Assembly: GCA_964252035.1 (NCBI GenBank)
Contig: CAXUOO010000144.1
Reading direction: 5' to 3' (one strand)
Source: Podarcis erhardii
Lineage: Eukaryota
Length of the DNA: 64,000 bases
In this document: positions 25,781-37,742 of the stretch, one piece after another
Numbering within the stretch: position 1 is the first letter of the stretch
Layout: each line of letters opens with the position of its first letter
The notes under the pieces: model-generated
What the model saw: the letters and a program-made list of their open reading frames with translations, nothing else
Told to the model about the DNA's origin: nothing
The model's database searches: none
Program-made: the position numbers and the translations under genes

Positions 25781-27993
25781 TATTCTTGTGTGCATGACTG
25801 AGTATTGAATGGTGGTTACCTGAATCCGGAAGCGTGAATGGAAACATAATTGCCGCGTCCCACAACTACATCATCAACTCCTTTTTCCTGAAGGTTGACA
25901 ACAACATAGAATTTCGATTACTGATTCTAAGCAGTTGAATCATTCCTGCTTCCAAGGCGTGACGACACAGTTACAAAAGTTCTCACAAACACAAAACTGC
26001 GGTGGGGCCTAAGACAGCCTCTATAGCCCTTTAAATTGAAACGCCTAAACGCAGCGGGGTGCGCTGCTGCAAAACATTCAACGGAAATAGCAACGAGACA
26101 TGTGAGCTAAAGACCTGCTGAAAACAAGGGTACACCTATCCTATCAGAGAAATTTGCACAATATTGCCGGCGCGTCGTATAGACCATTTTTAACCTGTAA
26201 CCATAGAAGAACAAGATTTACGTTGCTTCACAGAAATACGAAATTCACTGCCCAGCACGATGAGTTTTTGAAACGCGCTGGTTCAAAGTGCCCCATGTGA
26301 AGCCTTTTGCAGACTTCTTCTTGACTACCGAAACTGCATTCTAGAGAGTTAGTAGCAGCAGCAGCGACTGCATTGAAGCTACTGAAGCAGCAGCCAAAAG
26401 TGCAGCCCTTGCAACAGCCGCATCTGCGTCCCAGTCAGCACCACGACAGACATGAGACTTTTTCATACGTGAAAGATTCTCAAGTCTTTCAATACGTAGA
26501 AAGGGTGACTTTTCATAAATGTGTGACGTTCAAAGAGTGAGCAGCGAGGAAAAGTCAAACATCCGATAGCGCTGGAAAAGTATACGTTCTTTTACTCCTC
26601 CACCTTCTAAACATTCTTTAGTTTGCTGCTTCCTTTTCTCTCTTCTCACCGCCTGCCAAAAGCAGCATTCTCCCTCAGAAAGGAGGAGCAGCAGCAGCGA
26701 GCCCTCCAATAGCCTTACAGCCTCGATGAGGTTGCAGGAAGCCAGCAGCAACGTTGCACATTTTTGTAGGGCTCACCCTTTCTCGCTACAGAAAAAACCC
26801 ACCCCGCTACTGCTAATCTTCCGCGAGAACTGATGGCAGGCTTCATCGTTTGAAAGTGGAAAATATAACTTGAACAGAATCAGCAGTAAGAAGAACTCTA
26901 CGAGTACACAAAACACGAAGACGCGCTGCAGAAGTAGCCAGCAGTACCGCGGCTACAAGTTGTGCGACGACATATCTGAGAAGTGCTTTTGGACAAAAAA
27001 AATTTGAAAAATAAGAAATCAACCAATAGAAACATAAATACACGACATAAAAGTGCAGACCACGAACAACACAGTAGTACCGTATCCTTGCCGCACCGAG
27101 CAGGAAAAATCCACACAGTGCAGTGAACTGCCTGTCCTGCAATTTCGATCAAAACTAGGGAAAAGAGCTGCTGAGCAGTATTCCCATATTGAACATCTTC
27201 TGAAAACTGTCAGCTCCCTTGACACCAAAAGTGTCTTATTTTGAAAACCTTTTTTTCCCAGATGCTTGGAATGGAAGTTTAGAAAAAGAGAGAACTATAC
27301 AAACTAAACTATCAAAAAAGGGTATATAGCGGTACATTCTACTAGACAAAGACGCTGTGATAGAAGGTATGTTATGACGGAAAGAGAATTTTGGAACAGA
27401 GGGGATGTGGCTACCAATATCATTTTCAAAAGCATACGATATTGGGAAAACACACAATAATATACACATCATGGACGATGCAAAAATGTCGTCTACTCTA
27501 GCTGAGAAAAGGTCTACAATTGTTTATACCACAATAAACGCTACGCTTTCCCATTAGAAAGAAGGCGTGCACATACATAAACACATCATATATAGTATCT
27601 ACCCTAAGGAAAGCATGCATTCTGGATACAGCGCAGAAAGAGGGAGCGTTGTAGAACGAACGCTGTTTCGGCACGAAAAGCTCGATTACAGAACAGCGTA
27701 GCTCACACGAAAAAATCTATCTTTCTGATTCGCAGAGAAAACATAAAATAAAACATTTGGAGCACTACGAGGAGTATCCGAAGACAGAAGAACGAGGGAA
27801 CTGTATTGAGAGGCAGCTGATACACAACGAGTCTTGGCAAGATGGAGACCGATCCGCTTCACCATAAAAAATCTTGTAAAATAAATTAGGAGATATATCT
27901 TGTTCTTCAACCTTCACCCACCTTTGCGTCATTTTGCTCGTCTTCCTCGTAGTCCACTAGTTCGTCGGCGGGATTTTGCTCCAAAGTCGTCAT
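20675..27993 (-). CDS. UAP56: DEAD/DECD-box RNA helicase UAP56 (DDX39/SUB2), 6 exons, 434 aa
   Basis: Exons 27922-27993, 25820-25887, 25319-25449, 23028-23757, 21541-21659, 20675-20859; all GT-AG, phases consistent, 1305 nt in total. Protein starts [20 protein letters not shown] and contains [24 protein letters not shown] and [15 protein letters not shown]; ends QYINQ-TGA. Confidence 0.97.
25714..25777. repeat. Compound (TA)n(GA)n microsatellite in UAP56 intron 2; representative of dozens of (TA)n tracts across the window
   Basis: Direct reading; similar long (TA)n tracts at about 3010, 4900, 10645, 17115, 21725, 28415, 37680, 41450, 43710, 47265, 55068 and 59827. Confidence 0.95.
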
Positions 27994-28410
27994 CTTGTAG
28001 GTGAAAAGATTCTAGAAAGTACGCTGCTAAAAGCTCCCTCTTATGCTGGCGCGCCAAAACTACCGCTGCGCGTCTGTCACTTCAAGAAAAAAAAGCATAG
28101 ATTTATAAAGGACCAGTCAGTTCAAGTTGTTTGCAAAAACAAAGCACAAAAACGTACGCATAATAATAGGCTGGCGTGGGGGGGCGGCGCGATAACTCCT
28201 TCCGCCGCCGCCGCCGCCGCATGTGGCTGCTTTGCTATGAGCACCACGTCGCAAAGCGTTTGTATGCACATGTACCGTATATAGGAATCTATATACGGTT
28301 GAATCAGTAAATTATGATGGATCCAATACATAAAAGGTGTACACAATCATAAGACCGATCTCTACTTGCGCATAAAATCACTTAAGTGTCGTTCACTTGC
28401 GATTCACGGA

Positions 28411-28457
<47 letters not shown>

Positions 28458-31400
28458 AATATATATCTTCTACATACATGAGTAGATACATAAATATATA
28501 CATACATACATACATACATACATACGTATTTACATACAAAATTTACATATGTACTACCTCCATACGTGTATACATTCATATGCGCACTAACGAGTGTTGC
28601 AGGCAGCAATAGCCCACGATACTGCTACGCCGGCCGCTAGCACTATGTCTTCAAAACTCGCTTCATCAAGTGTTTAATGTCCGCCATAGGACGTATGATA
28701 TGATTCTACATAGCAAAGGTGCGTCGAATACGTTAGAGAATTTTGCCACTGCTATGTTTTGCTATTCTAAGAAAGTGAAAGCGTAAGGTTCTCTTACAAT
28801 TGTTATTTTTTCTCGATTCCCATGTCTGTCTTACATTAGAGTCCTGTCGATTTTTTTCTGGGTTTCTATATTTCGATGCATTAGATGGAAAAACTGTTTC
28901 ACATTGTCGCTTGCTCGAGGTCGTAGTGCCGAACTGACGAGAACGGCCGGGCTGTCTTTGAAGTATTGCTGCATTTGTCGAAGAATGAGAACCGTATCCT
29001 ACAACAACGCACGAACGCTTGATAGACAGAAAATTCTGGTCTATATGGTTCTTGCACACGCTGGCACAAAGACAGCTCTACGTTCAAAGTCCCTTCCTTT
29101 CAATCGCAACCGGCTCTACAGCATTACACCAAATCTGAAATGGAGTCATCATATTTGGTCATTCAATGTCAAACACTCAATTACTTCACACATATATGAT
29201 CTTTCTCTTCTCTTAGAATTTTATACACTGAAAAAGAGCAATCACGGCTGCAGATCTATACGATGACTAACTAATTTATTCTCAAACATATATGATCTTC
29301 CTCTCTTCTTACAGAATCATATATGCCGGATTAAAGCATTCGCGATTGCAGATTCTCACGGATACCACTGTTGAAGAGGGGTTTTTGGGCTGTGATGTGA
29401 CGCATGGTGACCGTGAACAGCTATCCTCATGTATATTGTCAACTTTTACTGACTGAAAAAAAGGAATGTAACGGAATCTAATGGTGGCACCCCACCACTA
29501 CACTTTGGCGCAGTACCGAAAAATTCATTACCAAATAAAAGTAATAACACACATTGATCCACTCGCGCTGGCATACAGTTGCGATGACGCTGCACGATTT
29601 TATTGATTTACGTTGAACTCGGCTAACAGACCTCAGCGTGCATTCCATGTTTATCTTGATTGCCGTGAGCCTATATTAGCGACAGCTCAACAACATAAAG
29701 GTCTTGAATGTAATCCTTATCAGTGTGAACTGAACTGTGTTCAAGTTCTTAATTGGGAGCATCCGCCACATATTACGTGGAGCTGTCGGAATGGAACTGT
29801 CTCAACGGTGCGCCCTTTTGAATATTTCTGAAAACGTTACTGAATAATTTGAAAAACGGTAAGTTTGTAGGAAAACACATGATCTCCACATATTGGTAGT
29901 TCCTTAATTACAGCCTTTAAGCTTCACATATGCTGTGAGAACTTGATGAGCTGCTGGTGGCGAACAGAAACTTCACTCTAATGCTTCTTTGATGCCTTTC
30001 ATGACGCTCTCGAAAATTCGGCACCCAGTTTTCATTCAGGTCAATATGACATTTTTTGAAGCTTTTCAATATTATTTTGACGTGACAATCCTTTCACCTC
30101 ATGCTTCCGACCCTGTGTTATTGCTCAAGAGAATAAAATCCTCAATTGTTATGTAAGAAGACAGCTTTCTCTCACCGAGTAAATGGTACCCTACAATGAG
30201 TCCGCCGTAATACCCGTGACGCGCTATCCGCAAAAATTAGAGTAATGAACTATCCTACTGTAACACTGCAAACTCACCAATATGAGGCTTTTCTGTTGGT
30301 TCCGCTGCCTTGTCCTTCCGTTTAGTGAGAATTAGTTTTTCACGTGCTCATGAATTCCGTCAAGCCATGACGTACTTCTCGCTTTTTGAGTTCCAGGCTG
30401 GCGAGAGTTATGGCCGGGGGTGGATGGGGGGTTTTTTCCTGTTTCTTCCCTTCGATCCACTCCAGTAAAGGCAGTGGTTTTCGAGGCATAATTTCTCCTG
30501 TCTCTGCGCACGCACACTCTCGTCGACGTGCAATGTACAAACACTACAGTGTGTCGCACCGTCATGAACTGGTCCGTGTTTCCCCACTTCTCTTTTAAAT
30601 GAAATCCATAGTTCAAATTAGAAAGAAGCTAGGAAGCGTGGCACTTTACAGTACTGCCTACCTTTCGTCTGTAACGGGTGTGGGGATACTAAAAGATGAC
30701 AATGGTCGTATACGGCATGAAACTGCAATGCCAAGTACCGTTCTACCGTGGGCCTTTCCGAACGGTGAAGCCTGAAAATGATACCGCGTCGACTACATGA
30801 GTTTCAACTGGGCTGTTTCAATGCACAGGACCAAATCCTACCCCCAGGCAATTTTAAAATACCCTGAAAATGCCTGTCAGTCGTGCAGTGTAAATGCACA
30901 ATATGGTGAACAATCGCGTAGATGCTTGGAACTGTACTGTTTGTGAGTCGCCTCCTTGCACGGCCTGCATACCGTGAATTAGAAAGTGCATTCACCGTCA
31001 TTCAAGGTATAACTAACCACTGTTGGTCACATTGCGAAGCCCATTTGCGCTTCTCTTCTTCGGATGTAAAGGTTTGTACGCTGTTGCAGGAGTTGTCGTC
31101 CGCTGTCGAAGGTGGCACACACCGCGCGTCCTAAACAAAATACACACGTACAGAAATGTTTTGCAGGTAGCTTTGATTCAAAACCTGCCCTAAGACTTCC
31201 TTCCCGGGTAAAATCATCGTAAGATTTCCCATGGGGGAGGCGTATATCCCAGCCTGTGACACATTGCTGCATCCATGCCTTTTTCTGCGTCACTTTGAAA
31301 ATTGGCAATTGTACCAGTTGGACAAGGAAAATCCCAGTCAGTTTCACATAATTCCACCGCTAAGAGTTGTTTACTGGCTAACTCTACGAACAGGTTACGC

Positions 31401-32017
31401 CGCCGTGTACCTTACCGGCGCAGGGCCAGTCAACGCCACACTCCCTAAAACAGCACCGTCATATGAAGCGCCATGCAAAACTATGCGTTGCGAAATTACT
31501 TCTCAAATTTGCTCTTTACTTCTTGAGACATCCCCTCAAATGAGGGTGCCACTCCACCGCAAGATTTGAAGCCGGGTGGAGCTTGGCAAGCGGCGGCTGT
31601 GGTTAAATTCCATTCTGACAGAGACATATGCATTTGTCAAGCTACGCCCTCTTGTCGCACCCAAAATCAAGGTGAACGTACGCTTTGGACAAAACGCTGT
31701 ATAATCTTTGATACAAGTGTTTTCGCAAGGAAACTTTACTAGACAGGCAACTTCGAAGTCCCTTTTCATCTTCGAAGTGAAAAACTGGAATTACAACAAA
31801 AGTGTCGGGTTTTTACTAACGTCAGCGTCAAGAAGGTTACTTTAAAATTCCACTGCGCATCGCAAGGCCCGGTTTCTTCATAGGCTAGTGGTGCAGAGCA
31901 TTTATACTGTCCGATATGAGTCCTGTGGAGCCACCGAATGCGTGCCACGTTTCAAAGGACTAAGCTTTCGCGCTCTACCATCCTTCAGGACATATGGCCT
32001 CATATTTTTCCTAGGCA

Positions 32018-33298
32018 ATGTGTTGTCCCCTGCCCCATCATATCACTACAATGACGATTTACCACACAATCCTGGAAACATGGCCAGTCAGTCTCGCACG
32101 AGATCTGCAGAGGATGACTGTAGATGAATTTGAATGTATTCGAAGAATTCGTACACTCCAGTCGCGTTTCGCCTCCTCCGTCAGGTTTGCAAAACTGACA
32201 TTCGCTCCACAGGGTCCGGTATACTCGCCCAGATCTATAAACAGTTTATGCTGTAGTGGTGGTGTATACGATGGCAGAGAGCATCCCCAGCGTTACTTGC
32301 TACGCAGCTGCGTCCGTCAGAAGATTGTGAGAAACCTTCTGGGCAAGGAAGACTGTAATCTCTTTTTCCTGATGGACAAGCTCGCCGATCGTCTCCTTTA
32401 CATGGCCATTCAGCCTAAATATTCGCGTAGGTGGAGAAAATCTTACAGACTTGTTGTGAGACTTACTCCGCAACTTGCAGCCCAACTAGCTTTTCTACAA
32501 ACAGTCGTTACCCGTTGAAACTTACGACGCCCGTGTCGTGTCTCTTACGCATCAGCAGTGAAGAACTCGAAATTCTCATATGCCTTGCAGTAGCCTTCAC
32601 AAGATGGAGAGAAAATTGCAGAATTCAACCAAAAAAGACACACCAGTGTAATCCCTGCAGGAGGCATGCATTTACTACACACTTGTTGAAATATGTATGG
32701 CAAATCATGTATTATACTTCGGTGCAATGCAGCTGTGTCCTTTTCCTCCCGATTCATCTTTTACCAACCAATTTACAGGGCAAGGCGCCCTACGAGCCAG
32801 AGCAATGTTCAAAATGACACGCAAGAAATACACATAGACAACGGGCGTACGAGTAGTCGATCTCGCAATTTCCTCCGAGCTCGACTTCTTCTTTCTCCTG
32901 CGCCATTTGATCGTTGTACGAGCACATAAGTACTTTGATGCAAGCGAACTGACTTTCTTCTGGCTTTCTCGCAGGATTTCAGATTCGAGCGCCTACAAAG
33001 AAAATTACGATCCCTCATTTTATTCGCTGGTGCTCGATTCCTGTACCTGTGTTTGCGCAACTGGCAACGAAGGAGCCTCTTTCATGTACTTTTCAAGAAA
33101 AGGTTGCTGTTCTACCTAAAACGTCCAGCAGTCTATATGATTGCAGAATTCTATGGTATCGAAAGCCATACAAGCGCGTTTTCCGTTCGAGCGGCCTCCG
33201 CAGCTTTTGGCGAAGGTTCTTCTGGAGCGGTTTTTTCTCGCAGAAGTATCGCTCGCGTGAAAGCGACAGTGCCCGAAATGGTAAAGATGCTGAATTGA
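32018..33298 (+). CDS. Candidate 3' exons of a hypothetical gene convergent with XPD
   Basis: 166-codon ORF at 32018-32518, and a stop-free 107-codon segment at 32975-33298 that follows a pyrimidine-rich CAG acceptor (DFRFERLQRKLRSLILF...VPEMVKMLN*). No recognisable domain. Confidence 0.3.
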
Positions 33299-34097
33299 AG
33301 AATCTTCATTTCAAATTAGAAAGTATACTCTTTATATTTTGAAGAAAACGGTCCAAATAAATAATTTATATCTAAAACACTGCGTTTACGTATATTTGGA
33401 TGTACTTACACTTGACATACCAGAAAACTGGTAGACTGCAATCAATCTGAGTGTATATAACGCAGCGTCAACGAATCATAGTTCAACTTTTTTTGTATCC
33501 CCTAACAAAAACGCAGCATAAAGTCGCACTATCCGTGCCCCGCATAATAAATGCTCCAGTCTTCTCCGGGTGATAGAGGAAACTACAGAGGAAATATAGA
33601 AGTACCTCATAAGCGTCGGAAACATGCTTTTTCCCGCGCAGGATCACTGTCATTAATCTCATTCTCTACTGACAATTCGAGTGCTAGTGCCGTCACTGAA
33701 ATCAAGTAGCACTTTGACGTGAACGAAGTTCCTGCACAGACCGAAGTTGCTTCATTTTATGGCGGGTTAGCGCCAGCTGCGCGAAGTTACACGCAGTTTA
33801 AAAACATCCTTTTGCGGGACTCACACCGTTCACACGATCCAAATGATGTGAAAAAGATTGTCAGCGGGCTGCTCATAATGGCATAATTATAATGAGAAAC
33901 CTCACCGAGCATCATTACACAGTACCCCACTACAATAAATCAGCACAACATTACGGAGCGACTTGCTGCTGCATGGTAGACACTTATCAAACATTAATAT
34001 TATGCCTAAAAAGTGTCTAAGAGAACGAAATATAGCCTTGTCAGCGTCATCCTAGCGAAGCACATAGAATACTAAACCGCTGCCTTCAATACGTCAG

Positions 34098-36788
34098 TTA
34101 CTGTGAAACAGCGACACTTCCCGACAAGGCACTTGCACTGGAGTCTTCTATCTTCAGCTTTGACCCCACGATGCATGACGTGCTATTTAGATGCAATGCA
34201 TGCTTGACGAATTCCCAGCATCTACTTTGGTTCTGAAGTTGTCGCGCATCAAGTCTCGAAGCCGTCGGTGGTGGCGGAGGCTGCGACATATGGCGAAGAA
34301 ACGTTCGCGCCACGCTGATCTGCAAGAACATGCGCTCCACATTATTGTTTTCATGAGCTTTTCCGACCATTCACCATATGCCGCCAACTCCGTAGAAGCA
34401 GAACACAGGTAGCAGTTTCTATAGTAAATATCAGTGTGCTAGTTATATGAATTTGCATATGACATATCTAGGATCTATAAATGGGCTCTCCAAAAGCACT
34501 CGCCAGATACTCATTCCTAATCACCGCAGGAATGTCGCTGCAGCATCTATGGCAGGAGGTTGAGTTGCGATCCCGAAGGATAGGCAAGCTTGCCTCGTAG
34601 ACACCAGGAAGTGGTCCATCAGCGTTAAGCGAACAAGTGTATCAGTGATATCTGAAGAATATGATTTGATCGCTCGTATATCGCATACTCAGTGTGACTA
34701 CCTCTTCCTGAATATCGCAAAGCGTATTACCGCGGTATCTGTATTCAAGGTTAGATGTGCATTATCAAGATGTTTGAGAATCCAAGGCGGTAATTTGCTT
34801 CGTTTGTCTATCCGACTATACCGCGCATCAGCAAAAATCATCAAACCATAATCGCTTTTACTGCGGATAATCCGTCCCACGCACTGCGCAGCCTGGTAAA
34901 ACATACACAAATACATATTCGCCTCTACAGGAGACCATTGTCTCACGTGAATCTTTGCTTGATAGAGCATACACGATGTGTAAGCAGCATAGACGATATT
35001 TTAAGAAAATTCAAATTCCACCAATGCACATTGAGACAGCAAATTCGGCATATTAATGCAATCAGTTCGTACAAATCTGCTACAATTTTTGGATGGCGCT
35101 TGTATGTGAGCGGTAATAAAGTATCGAAGTACAGGCAAACATCGGATTACCTGCCTCATAGCATCAAACGTCAAAAACTCATTATCACAGATTTGATAAT
35201 GTTCCTGCACGCATCGCATTTGAAAGCAGAAAAAAATTACGTATCATTACATATATATATATATATATATAAATATACGTATATGTTGTTTGTTTTTGCA
35301 TCCGCAAAAATCCCCTGAATGTTGAAAAAAAAATTCGAGTGTATGGCCACGAATTCATTCATGAGGACGCAGTTTGACTTTCATGATAAAAACGCATACC
35401 CTTATAAAATCCAAACGCGCTTTTAGCACGCGAGAGAGCGTGTACTGAAAAGGAACACCGAAGAGGACGACACAGCGTCCGAAGTGGCGGTCAAAATCAA
35501 TTCCCTCTGCAACTTTTCCCCTGAAAGCAATTGTTGATAGCATAAAAACCTGGAGAGCAATATTATAGAGAAAGAAAGCTGCAGTTGTGAGTGAAGAGAG
35601 CTTGGCAGTGCGTGCTTCTAGCAATTTCAACAAGTCACACAATGCTGAATTCTTACCGTGCAACGGAGAAAAAGACGGCACCTCGGCCACAATCGCAAGC
35701 TTTTCGAAAATTATGCAGCGCTAAAGTTGTGGCTACCACATCTTTTGTCTCTATAAATATGAGCTTATATTCCAAAACTTGCGCCAGAATGCCGCTCTGG
35801 TACCTGATGACGAGTGAAAGAAGATGATTTCGAAAACATGAATATATTCGTAAATCATCCCAAGTCAGTAGCCTGAATACGTATCACCCGCATCTTTCAA
35901 GTTGAGTTTTTTCAGCAAAGTTCCATACACGTAATATCAAGATCTCAGTGATGTAGCATGATCCATCATATGAAAGCACGTGATAAACTCACGGCACAAT
36001 GATGCACAGAAATCGCAAGTAGTGAAGGCTTTAATTTGAAGTTTGAAGCAGCGTGGCTACCAACATCTATCTTATTTCATACGAGCACTTATTAAGGCGT
36101 GAGGTTAGTTCCATAGTTGAAATCAATGGAGAAGCAGTTTAATAATAAAGCGCTTCTAAATTGCAGGTGGTTAAGAATTAACTATAATTACGAGTCCCAA
36201 AAAATTCCACACAAGAAAAAATCGGTCTTCCAAACAACTTACGAAAAAGCAAATCACACTGACCAATTAGAGAGAACAGACTCCATGTACGAGTAAGATG
36301 TAAAAAAAACAGACAAGCCCGTCGGGTACGTGCTTGCATAAGTCAATTAGTAGGTTACTGTAGTTCCGAAGAACGTTCATGTCATGGCGGTATTCAAATT
36401 TTGAAGTGAGCGGCACCTGAGAGAGAGACAAACAGTCGGTATAACAGACAAACATTCGGGAATGCCATCTAAAAAAAAGACTTATTCGTTACAGTACAGC
36501 CGCACTTTGTGCGCGAAGAATTTCCACATAGATAGTGGTTGAAAACATATTCGCAGTATATCGCTCAACTCAAATAAGGAGGACCTGCTCATGAATGCGC
36601 ATACGGTAAATCTTTCACCCTTTGTGTCTCTAAAGTGTGTACTTTTCAAATATCTGTGCGTTGCTGAAAGTGTCGAAGTGTTACAGTGTAGAATATAAAA
36701 AACTCGACTAAGGAGGTAAAAATTGTGCGATTACGTCTATCCACATATACTTATTTTTTCCAAACAATTATCTTGCATACGTATATAA

Positions 36789-36829
<41 letters not shown>

Positions 36830-37677
36830 TATCTGTATTTTTAAATTTTTATATCTCACAAAATGTTTTTGTATTCAAATGTTTGTATTATCTCATTTTC
36901 CTTTGCGACTCTCTTTCGATTTACATGTAAATATATATTTATATGCAGGATGAGTCGAACAAAGGAACTGACTGTCGTACCTGGTCGGACCCACGCGCGA
37001 CGATGAGGGGACAAATGCAGTTGCGATCGAGAGACATAGGAAATGATTCTGTTATCACCGGCTGCAGCAGTTTGAAATGCGCATATTAGCATCTTTGCTT
37101 GTGTTGTAAGTGCATCACGCCTCTACCAATAAGTGGAACTTAAAAGCATCGGAATGTGTGTGCTAGTATCTGCTGTGTAGCGGAAACGAAACAGGTCGCA
37201 TAGAGGTACTGGTGGGCATTGACAATCAATACTTCAGACTCTATGAATGCGCCAACATGTATATATGTGAATTCAAATATGTATGCGTGGATGTGTATAT
37301 AGTCGCGTACACCTGCTTGATAACGCAAAAAGTATCTTGATTTTTTCTTTTCCGTGTGTGTCAATGTCGAACGGTGGAAGTTTTTGGTCAGAGGGTTCAG
37401 CTGATTTGTAAACAATTCATTTTGCCAACTTGCGCAGCAATTCCACACTCTAATAGACAATATATAAAAATATATATACAAACTTAAAACCTATAATCTG
37501 TAAGGATAAAAAAATTGACATTCGCGTGACTACATATGCACTGATGCAGAGAAGTAAAGCGCATGCCATACATATGCGCAACAAATCAGTCTGAATTCTG
37601 CGTAAATCGCATGCGTGCTCACTGCGCACGAAATTCGGTAGAATCAGCATCTAGGCGTTTGCGACAACACACGTATT

Positions 37678-37742
<65 letters not shown>

